This document shows positions 11,266-19,230 of a stretch of DNA of 64,000 nucleotides, piece by piece. The notes under the pieces are model-generated. The model worked only from the letters and a program-made list of their open reading frames with translations, had not been told where the DNA came from and searched no databases. Source of the stretch: Phycisphaerae bacterium (GTDB lineage: Bacteria > Planctomycetota > Phycisphaerae > UBA1845); contig CAXXGO010000005.1 of assembly GCA_963666835.2 (NCBI GenBank), forward strand, positions 224,001-288,000, written 5' to 3'. The position numbers were made by a program, and so were the translations under genes. The stretch's first letter is position 1, and each line of letters starts with the position of its first letter.

Positions 11266-13041
11266 TCAATCTCCGGTTTCTTCTCCGCCGTCGGTCTTCT
11301 CCGATCCCTCAGCCGCCGCACTGCTTTCGCCGCCGGTAACGCGTTGGACGTTGGAGAAATACTCCTTTACGGCCTTGTGGTATTGCCGAGGTATTCTGTT
11401 GCGGTTGATGCGGTCGCTGGCATCGTGCTCGGAGGCCGTTACGATGTCCGACAGTGCCGAGCCTACCTCACCCTTGACCTGCTCTCCGTCGACGAGGAAC
11501 TGCCCGATGATGGCGCCTTTGCCGGTGTGGACCTTAGCCCGCTCGGTTTTGAAGTCGACGTCCGTCTGTTGCTCGGGCGCCAAGCCCCCGCGTCCTCTGC
11601 CCATGCCACCTATGCCGCCGTTGCCGCGTCCGCCCTGACCGGATCCCTGCCCCTGCCCCGGTTTATTGCATTGCCCGCTACCATCAACGTCGTTTTTGGC
11701 GTTCTGCAGATCTGTGATAGTGCTGTCGAGTTGGTTCATCTCCTGCTCGAGTTGCTCCAATTCCCCGAGCTGCGCTTCGGCCTGCGCAAGTCCGGACGCT
11801 GCGTCTCCCGCGGCATCCCCCGCTTTGTTGCAGGCGCAGGCCTTGCCCGCTTCCTTCATGGCCTGGGCGAGTTTCTTAGCGCCGGCATTAGCCTGTTGCT
11901 GGCTCTGCATCTGCTTGGTGATCTTGTCTATTTGCTGCTGGCTGAGCCCGTTATTCTCAAGCTGTTTCTTGAGCTGGTTCAGGTCTTTCTTCGTCAGGCG
12001 CTCGAGCATGCGTTCGGCGTCTTCTTTGTCGATTCCGGCCTGTTCAAGCTTCTGGGCGAGTTTCTTGTCGACTGCGACCTTCTCCAACTGCTTTGCCAAC
12101 TCTTCAAGTTGCTTGCCGAGCTTGGCCACCATTTCCTTGTCCTCTTCGGACTTCAACGTGGCCAACTGCTCTTTCAGAGCTTTGATCTCCTCCTTGGCGG
12201 TCTTGTAGTCACCATTCTGCAGGGCTCGATTCAGCTTCTGAGTGCGGGCGCCCTCCGACTGGGGTGAGTTGAGTCGGCGCAGCATCTTGCGCATGGCGTC
12301 GGCCCGGTCGTATTTGCTGTCTTCGCGTTTCTTTTTAACCGCGTCGGAAAGCCTGTCGATCTTCTTGGCCGCTTCGTGACGGATGTCCGATGGGCGTTGC
12401 AGCATACCCCCGGCTTCCTTGTTCATTCGCTGCCAATCGTCCTTGAGATCATCCAATGCCGGATTATCTCGAACCATCTTGTCGACCGAGCTGAGCTTCT
12501 TCTTGACTGCTACCTGGGTCTGCTGCATTACCTCGGTCTGCATCTGCTCTTCGGCGGCTTCCGTAGCCTTGAGCAGCCCCGGGGTGATCAGAAAGCACAG
12601 AGCGGCCGCGACCGACGCCACGACACTCCAGGAGAGCCCGCGAGGCGTCGTTATCCGGAGGTGATGCCTTACTGAGAGGGACGCTCCGGTCTGCTCTGCG
12701 TCGGCGACCACAGCTCTGGCGAAGGGATCGTCGGAGTCTTCGCAGTAATGACCGCTGCTGAGCCGTTCGCGGAGGTTTGCGGCTTCGTCCAGCCTCGCGG
12801 CCGCACTTCGAGCGTCCTCACGGGTAGCGGCCAGCCAGATGAGCGAGGCGATCAACGTACCAGCGGCAAGGGACGGTCCGATCCAAACAAGTGGTAGGGG
12901 CAAGTCGTACAACCGCTGCACGGCGACGACCGCGGCGAACAAGCCGGCGCCCGCCGCGACACACCAGGTGAAGTTCTGAAGCCAGCGGATCAGCCAGAGC
13001 CGATGTTGCGCTTTGCTGATTTGCCTCTGAAGCGACGTCAT
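11266..13041 (-). CDS. Membrane-anchored long coiled-coil protein
   Basis: Three N-terminal TMs with AARLDEAANLRERLSS, ~300 aa K/E/Q-rich coiled coil, Gly-rich linker, C-terminal IPRQYHKAVKEYF. Confidence 0.8.
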   Translation of the reverse strand: MTSLQRQISKAQHRLWLIRWLQNFTWCVAAGAGLFAAVVAVQRLYDLPLPLVWIGPSLAAGTLIASLIWLAATREDARSAAARLDEAANLRERLSSGHYCEDSDDPFARAVVADAEQTGASLSVRHHLRITTPRGLSWSVVASVAAALCFLITPGLLKATEAAEEQMQTEVMQQTQVAVKKKLSSVDKMVRDNPALDDLKDDWQRMNKEAGGMLQRPSDIRHEAAKKIDRLSDAVKKKREDSKYDRADAMRKMLRRLNSPQSEGARTQKLNRALQNGDYKTAKEEIKALKEQLATLKSEEDKEMVAKLGKQLEELAKQLEKVAVDKKLAQKLEQAGIDKEDAERMLERLTKKDLNQLKKQLENNGLSQQQIDKITKQMQSQQQANAGAKKLAQAMKEAGKACACNKAGDAAGDAASGLAQAEAQLGELEQLEQEMNQLDSTITDLQNAKNDVDGSGQCNKPGQGQGSGQGGRGNGGIGGMGRGRGGLAPEQQTDVDFKTERAKVHTGKGAIIGQFLVDGEQVKGEVGSALSDIVTASEHDASDRINRNRIPRQYHKAVKEYFSNVQRVTGGESSAAAEGSEKTDGGEETGD

Positions 13042-13104
13042 GACTATGACTCCAGCCAGCTTTGCGGCGCGACGGTCGGGACGCGTTCTCTCAACCTATA
13101 TATA

Positions 13105-13133
13105 ATAATACTCGGCTAAACCGCCGAATACAA
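13105..13133 (-). promoter_or_regulatory. Sigma70-like promoter for the coiled-coil/NHL/vWA/MoxR genes
   Basis: Minus strand TTGTAT-N17-TATTAT about 65 nt upstream of ATG 13041. Confidence 0.55.
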
Positions 13134-13223
13134 TTGCGGCGATAGTCCTCACCGGCACAATCGGGCGTTTACGGTGCTGCCGGGGCGACAACTTCCTACA
13201 AGCCGGCCGCCCGTAGCGGGCTG

Positions 13224-13253
13224 TTCCACGTCGAGCACGCAATCTGCTACAAT
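13224..13253 (+). promoter_or_regulatory. Sigma70-like extended -10 promoter for TlpA-TPR-ubiD genes
   Basis: TTCCAC-N18-TACAAT with TGn immediately before the -10. Confidence 0.45.
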
Positions 13254-13401
13254 GCCCAGCCACAGACCGGAGCCCTGACGTCTCCGGTCTGTCGGGTTTC
13301 CTTAAGGGGCTGCACCGATGCGCACGTTCCCCAATAGTGTAGACGGCCGGTCCGGCGGGATGTTAAGGTCCGGCGTGTTCTCCGTGGGCGGGGTTTGCCC
13401 G

Positions 13402-15351
13402 ATGGCGGGGGCTCGCGTGCGGTCGGCCTTCGTCTTTCCGATTTTCGTTACGTTATGGGCTTTCTTTGCACCTGTTCAGTTCGTCGTCGCCCAGACTTCG
13501 AAAGCCGAACCGACCGAGCCGGCGCCGGCCGGAGGCTCGGACGCGGGCTCCGTCCCCGTCGCCGATAAGACCGAGCCTTTGCCGCGGATTGTCGTGTTGG
13601 AGGGGCAAATTACGGACGCTATCGGGCGCGGGAAGTCCGGTGCCCAAGTCGTTATGCGACGAAAAAGTGAGGCCGCGCAGCCGGGCGAGCTGTTGGCCAC
13701 GACCACTACAGACGAGTTCGGGGATTTCAAGGTCACTATGCCCGAGCCGGTTCACGGCGAAGTCACCGTGACGGTCTCTCTGGCGGAATACGCCGATCTG
13801 GTTCGTGATTTCCGGGTGGGAGAGGACGAGTATCCGCCGTATTTCGCGGGTACCCTGGAAGGGGTGTTGGTAATTACCGGGCACGTCCGCGATGCGGCGA
13901 CGGCCGGTGGCGTCAGCGGAGCCACCGTCGCCTTTCGCTCGTTCTATCGCGATTGGTCGGCAACCACGGACGTCGCAGGGGCGTTTACGATCAAAGGTCT
14001 TTCTCCCGGACCGGGGGATCTGATCGTCGACGCGGAGGGCTTTGGTCGGGAACAGCAGGAGGTCGAAGTCCGAAAGGAGCTGGAGCCCTTCGATATCCTG
14101 GTCAAACCGGAGCGGATCCTGCATCTCAAGGTCGTGGACGATTTGAGCCAGCCGGTTCCCGGCGTGGTTATCGAGGCGGTGATTGAGGACCGGGCCGACT
14201 TCCGCACTACGGCGTCCGATGCAGACGGCACCGCCACGTTACGGGGGCTCCCCTTCGATACGGGGTTGGTCGTGGCTCGTCTCACGCATGCCGAGCACGT
14301 TTCGTCGCCGGTGTTCGATCGCGAGATCGACGTGCCTTCCGCAGAGACGGAGTCGACGCACGAGCTGGTGATGCAGCGTGCCGGCCGAGTGACGGGGACG
14401 GTGACTGAAGGCGGTACGGGGGCTGTGGTATACGGGGCTCGTCTTATTACCGGTACTGCGTACTCCGACGATTCTCCAAGAGACTGGTCGGATTATGAAG
14501 GCAAATACACGATCACCGGCGTGCCGCCGGGGTCCGTTACGATTACCGTTCACATGTCCGGTTATGCCCCGACACTTCAGACGATTGATGTCAATGCCGG
14601 CAAGGAGACCGTTGCCGACATCCGGCTCGAGAAGGCCACTAAGGTCGTCGGCGTGGTCAAGGACGATAAGGGGGCGCCGGTTCCCGGGGCCCACGTCGAG
14701 GCCACGAAATGGCGCGGCAGTGGCACCCTCGGTCTGCGCACGATGACCGGGGACGATGGCCGGTTCCTGATCGAGAATGCCCCGTTTGACGAGTTCGAGG
14801 TTGTCGTCATGTCTCCTTCGGGATGTCGCGTTCGCAAGACCATCGCGGCGCAACGAGACGCGGCCGTGGAAATCGTCTTGGCCGGGGGGAACGAGGCTGC
14901 AGGGATGGCCGGTCTGAACGCCGGCGACGCCGCGCCTGAGGTGTCGATGACGGCGCTTTCCGGGGAGACGTTCGAGTTGGCCAAGCTCAAGGGCAAGATT
15001 GTGCTGCTCGACTTCTGGGCGACCTGGTGCGGGCCCTGTGTGGCCGAGATTCCGGGGCTTATAGCTATTCACGATGAGTTCTCCTCCCATTCTGAATTCG
15101 TGATGATCGGAGTGAGCCTTGATTGGGAGGAGAAGACGGTCAGCCGGTTCGTCTCCAAGCAGAACATGGCTTGGCCTCAGGTTGTCGGAGAATCCGGAAA
15201 CGCTCAGGCGACGGCCGACGCGTTCGGCGTTGTTGGTATTCCCGCGACGTTCATCATCGGCCCTGACGGCAAGATTATTGCGGCCGACCTCCGCGGGGCC
15301 GAACTCCACAAGCGCATAGCCCAGGTTTTGAAGGATCGCAACTCCTCGTGA
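13402..15351 (+). CDS. Secreted protein: repeated carboxypeptidase-regulatory-like beta domains plus C-terminal TlpA/redoxin domain
   Basis: Signal peptide; ~5 repeats of G.V.D..G.PV.GA.V...T..DG.F.I; LLDFWATWCGPC...GIPATFIIGPDG. Confidence 0.85.
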   Translation: MAGARVRSAFVFPIFVTLWAFFAPVQFVVAQTSKAEPTEPAPAGGSDAGSVPVADKTEPLPRIVVLEGQITDAIGRGKSGAQVVMRRKSEAAQPGELLATTTTDEFGDFKVTMPEPVHGEVTVTVSLAEYADLVRDFRVGEDEYPPYFAGTLEGVLVITGHVRDAATAGGVSGATVAFRSFYRDWSATTDVAGAFTIKGLSPGPGDLIVDAEGFGREQQEVEVRKELEPFDILVKPERILHLKVVDDLSQPVPGVVIEAVIEDRADFRTTASDADGTATLRGLPFDTGLVVARLTHAEHVSSPVFDREIDVPSAETESTHELVMQRAGRVTGTVTEGGTGAVVYGARLITGTAYSDDSPRDWSDYEGKYTITGVPPGSVTITVHMSGYAPTLQTIDVNAGKETVADIRLEKATKVVGVVKDDKGAPVPGAHVEATKWRGSGTLGLRTMTGDDGRFLIENAPFDEFEVVVMSPSGCRVRKTIAAQRDAAVEIVLAGGNEAAGMAGLNAGDAAPEVSMTALSGETFELAKLKGKIVLLDFWATWCGPCVAEIPGLIAIHDEFSSHSEFVMIGVSLDWEEKTVSRFVSKQNMAWPQVVGESGNAQATADAFGVVGIPATFIIGPDGKIIAADLRGAELHKRIAQVLKDRNSS

Positions 15352-16259
15352 CTCGCCCCTTGCCGACGAATGTGACCAGCGTCCAGCCCCGGCCGGTTGG
15401 TTTTGTCGAACCGAGGAACGACCGGGCTCGACGTGCTATGAAGGCTCTGGCCGACGCGCGTTGGGTGGATGCCGAGGAGAACATCGCGGCAATCGATGGG
15501 ACATTCGCCGAGGACCGAATGTGGAAGCCGCTGCTGCTGGGGAGGTTGGCCGTTGCTCGGGGTCGTCTTCCGGCCGCGGAGATGATCCTGACCGATGCGG
15601 CGGCAGAAGGTCGCGCGTCGGCGGCAGAGTGTGAGGATCAATCCGAAGCGTCCCTGTGGCGGCTGGCGGCGGTTGCCTACGACGATCTCGGACGCGTCTG
15701 TAGACGTCAGGATCGCCCGGAGGAAGCCCGTCTGGCGCATCGATCGGCTTACGATCTGCGTTGCCGATACGGCTCGGCGGAGGAGGAGTGGGAGAGTTGC
15801 CTGGCCCTCGGCGTCGATGCCGAGCTGGTCCGCGACTTCGAGCAGGCGCAGCATTGGTATCGGTTGGCTATCGATGTGGCGGCCCAGGCATCTGAGGATT
15901 CTGAGAAGAAGCGGGCGGTTGGGTGGAGCCAGCTTGCCGCCTCCCTGATCAACGGCGGCAGGCATGCCGAAGCGGTGGACGCCGCTCGCACCGCCCGGGA
16001 TTGGTGGTATCGGCATGATCCGGCGTCGGTGGAGATCGCCCGGGCCGATCTGAAGCTGGGGTACGCCCTGCTCAAGCACGGTGAGTCCCTGCACGAGTCG
16101 GACCGGGCGGAGGCGGCGAACGCCCTGGACGAGGCCGCCGAGTGGCTGGCCGAGGCCCGGGAATCGCTCGAAGCTTTCGGTTGCCTCGACGACGACCATC
16201 GCTGGTCCCTGGAGCAGGAAGACTTCGTCCGGCGGCTTCGCGCGGGTCTTGATGTTTGA
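15348..16259 (+). CDS. TPR-like helical repeat protein
   Basis: Ala/Leu-rich helices (AYDDLGRV...EEARLAHRSA; FEQAQHWYRLAI); GTGA overlap with upstream stop. Confidence 0.7.
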   Translation: MTRPLPTNVTSVQPRPVGFVEPRNDRARRAMKALADARWVDAEENIAAIDGTFAEDRMWKPLLLGRLAVARGRLPAAEMILTDAAAEGRASAAECEDQSEASLWRLAAVAYDDLGRVCRRQDRPEEARLAHRSAYDLRCRYGSAEEEWESCLALGVDAELVRDFEQAQHWYRLAIDVAAQASEDSEKKRAVGWSQLAASLINGGRHAEAVDAARTARDWWYRHDPASVEIARADLKLGYALLKHGESLHESDRAEAANALDEAAEWLAEARESLEAFGCLDDDHRWSLEQEDFVRRLRAGLDV

Positions 16260-16338
16260 ACGACTGTCTCCGCATGGTTCGCTCTCGTTTCGAGCTTACG
16301 GTAGACTCCGCGGGTGTTCTTTCGAGGAGTGACCAGCC

Positions 16339-17880
16339 GTGGCGTATCCCGACTTGCAGTCGTTCATAGAGGACCTGGAGAACCGCGATCAGCTCCAGCG
16401 GGTCACCGCACAGGTCGATCCGGTCCTGGAAATAACCGCCGTTGCCGATCGGGTCAGCAAGATGCTCGCGGCCGGGTCCGCGCCGCCGCCGGCGACTGAT
16501 CCGGTACATGGTCGGTGGGGGGGGCGTGCTCTCCTTTTCGAGAATGTAACAGGATCAAGCCTGCCGGTAGCAATCAATCTGTTCGGTAGCTACGAACGCA
16601 TGCGCCTGGCTCTCGGGGTTGAGAGTCTGGAACAACTGGCGGATCGGGTACGCGAACTCGTCAATCCGCAGATGCCCACCACGTTGGTGGAGAAGATTAG
16701 GAAGCTGCCGCAGCTTGCCCGGCTTGCCGGCTTCGGCCCCAAGGTGGTCAAGAGGGGCATCTGTCAGGAAGTCGTGCATACCGACGACGCCGACCTGTCG
16801 ACTTTGCCCATCGTGCAATGCTGGCCGCACGATGGGCAGCCCGGCTTTGCGGGAAAGCCGGCGGACTGCACCGCAGGAACCGGGCGGTATCTCACCCTCG
16901 CGGCCGTTCAGGCGAAAGACCCTGAAACCGGGACGGTCAACTTGGGGATGTACCGGGTTCAGGTGTTCGGTCCGAAGCTGGCCGCGGTACATTGGCACAT
17001 GCACCACGACGGGGCTCGCATCTTCCGGAAGTACCAGCTCCGCGGTGAGAAAATGCCTCTGGCATGCGTACTGGGCGGGGAACCGGTGTTGCCTTATGCC
17101 TCGACTTGCCCTCTACCGCCCGAGGTCAGCGAGCTGCTGTTCGCCGGGTTTCTAAATGAAGGCGGTATTGAGCTGGTGCCCGGCAAGACTGTTCCCTTGG
17201 ATGTTCCGGCCAACGCGGAGATCGTGATCGAAGGATGGGTTCATCCGCGAGAGAAGCTGATCGAGGGGCCCTTCGGCGATCACACCGGCTTCTACTCGGC
17301 GGCCGATTGGTATCCGGCGTTGCACATAACGGCGATTACGCATCGCCGCGATCCTGTCTATCCCGCTACGGTTGTCGGAAAGCCGCCGCAGGAGGACTAC
17401 TACCTCGGGAAGGCTACCGAGCGAATATTCCTGCCGCTCTTGCAGCTTCTGGTCCCGGAGATTGTCGACTACTCGCTCCCGATGTTCGGGGCCGTCCACA
17501 ATTGCGCGTTTATCAAGATTCGCAAGGAATACCCGCTGCAGGCTCGCAAGGTGATAAACAGCATCTGGGGTGCCGGGCAGATGATGTTCTCGAAGATGAT
17601 CCTTGTGGTCGACGAGCAGGTCGACGTTCACAATGAGCAGGATGTGTTGTTCCACATGGCGGCCAACGTCGATTGGCGGCGCGATACGATTACTACTGAT
17701 GGTCCTTGCGATATTCTAGACCATGCCGGACCGGACCTGGGCAGTGGGGCTAAGATCGGTATCGACGCCACTCGCAAGATTCCCGGCGAGGGCCGGATTC
17801 GCGATTGGCCGGAAGAGTTGGCCGTCAGCCCCGAGACTGAGGCGCTGATTGATCGTCGGTGGAGTGAATACGGTCTTTAG
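16339..17880 (+). CDS. ubiD: UbiD-family decarboxylase (menaquinone/futalosine-pathway MqnL-like)
   Basis: ALLFENV, NLFGS, NLGMYRVQ, HWHMHHDGA, EGPFGDHTGFY, ATVVGKPPQED, WGAGQMMFSK, KIGIDAT; GAGGAG RBS. Confidence 0.93.
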   Translation: MAYPDLQSFIEDLENRDQLQRVTAQVDPVLEITAVADRVSKMLAAGSAPPPATDPVHGRWGGRALLFENVTGSSLPVAINLFGSYERMRLALGVESLEQLADRVRELVNPQMPTTLVEKIRKLPQLARLAGFGPKVVKRGICQEVVHTDDADLSTLPIVQCWPHDGQPGFAGKPADCTAGTGRYLTLAAVQAKDPETGTVNLGMYRVQVFGPKLAAVHWHMHHDGARIFRKYQLRGEKMPLACVLGGEPVLPYASTCPLPPEVSELLFAGFLNEGGIELVPGKTVPLDVPANAEIVIEGWVHPREKLIEGPFGDHTGFYSAADWYPALHITAITHRRDPVYPATVVGKPPQEDYYLGKATERIFLPLLQLLVPEIVDYSLPMFGAVHNCAFIKIRKEYPLQARKVINSIWGAGQMMFSKMILVVDEQVDVHNEQDVLFHMAANVDWRRDTITTDGPCDILDHAGPDLGSGAKIGIDATRKIPGEGRIRDWPEELAVSPETEALIDRRWSEYGL

Positions 17881-17899
17881 TCCACAAAGGCGGTGCGGC

Positions 17900-18550
17900 C
17901 GCCGGAGGAGGGTGTCGCCGGGGTGTTATGGGCAAGCGTGGCCGAATTCGCAGAGCAAAGCGCCGTTGGTTATTCGATCCCGCGTTGGGGGCATGGGTCG
18001 TTCCAGCTTGCCCGTGGACGCCCCCGGCTCGCCAAGCTCCACGGGTCAACAAGTTGACCCATGCCACCCAGTTGGCATTCCCCGCAACCGCACCTGCCGG
18101 GTGCCATGGCCCACGCTTGCCGGGTGCCCTGGCCCACGCTTGCGTGGCCATGAAGGAAAGGTCCTTGTGCGACGTGCATCTTACGAACATACGCCGAAGA
18201 TAGTGACATATGTCACTATCTTCGGCGTATTCGCAAGCGCGCAGGGTCCGCTCCGCAAACCGCATTTGCTCCGCGGGTCAACAGGTTGACCCATGACACC
18301 CGGTTGGCGCCCCCCTGTAGGGCAGCGTCGAGGCACGAGACCTGCCACGGTCTTTTCGCTGCGCAGGCTTTTGTAGCGGATCGAGTTTCCCAGCTCTAAA
18401 GAGGCGGGCCACCCTGACGTGGTTGACATCGCGCGTGTGCCGTTTCTTTCGAGCAGTGCAGAATCGTCGTTCGTGCATGACGCCCGTGATCGGTCCGCCC
18501 ATGCAAACGCCGACGGCAACCCACCCGCAAAATGGTGGGCTGCCGTCGGT
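17900..18550. repeat. Intergenic island of REP-like palindromes
   Basis: CCACGGGTCAACAAGTTGACCCATGCCACCC (~18039) and a relative at ~18271, GTAG-REP at 18317-18346, relative of the 6.8 kb repeat at ~18383. Confidence 0.7.
18189..18230. repeat. Perfect 42-bp palindrome with no loop
   Basis: ATACGCCGAAGATAGTGACAT|ATGTCACTATCTTCGGCGTAT. Confidence 0.95.
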
Positions 18551-18584
18551 AGTCTGTAGCTAATCTGGTGAGTAGCCGACCGTC

Positions 18585-18869
18585 TTAGTAGCGGTCTCGC
18601 CTGCCGCCGCCGGCGCGCGGGGCGCGGGGCTTGGCTTCGTTTACGGTCAGGTTGCGGCCCATGTGGGCCTGACCATCCAGCGCGCTGATTGCCGCCCGGG
18701 CTTCTTCGTCAGAGCCCATCTCGACAAACCCGAACCCCTTGCTCCGACCGGTATCGCGGTCCGAGATGACCTCGGCGCTCTGGACCGATCCGTGTTCTGA
18801 CAGCAGAGCTTCGAGGTCTGCGCTGCTGACGTCGTAACTGAGGTTCCCGATATACAACTTCTTGCCCAT
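18585..18869 (-). CDS. RRM RNA-binding protein (Rbp-type)
   Basis: RNP2 LYIGNL, RNP1 KGFGFVEM, LTVNEAKPR, RGG-like tail; AGGAG RBS. Confidence 0.95.
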   Translation of the reverse strand: MGKKLYIGNLSYDVSSADLEALLSEHGSVQSAEVISDRDTGRSKGFGFVEMGSDEEARAAISALDGQAHMGRNLTVNEAKPRAPRAGGGRRDRY

Positions 18870-19230
18870 CGCGTTCTCCTGTCGATGGCATGTCCGACCC
18901 ACCGTTTCTCTTTCAGGGTCGTGCGTGAAAGCGGCCGCCACTTGGGGCCGGAAAAGGAAGGAAGACGATCCAGACTAAGCGTAGCCAAAGCCAAACGCAT
19001 GCCCCGTTCGACAAACCAACCGCGCGGAGTATATCCGCCTCGGATTCCGAGTAAACCCCGAATTGTCCGATTCACCTATCCAGGGGACATCCCGCCCTTG
19101 CACCGGCGGACCTGGACATACCGCTCGAGCAGTTAAGCAAAGATCGAGACGACCAGCCGGGGTGCGCATCGGCCCGTCCGGGTACCGGCCGATGGACTCG
19201 CCGAGGCACGACCTGCCGAGAACACTCCGG

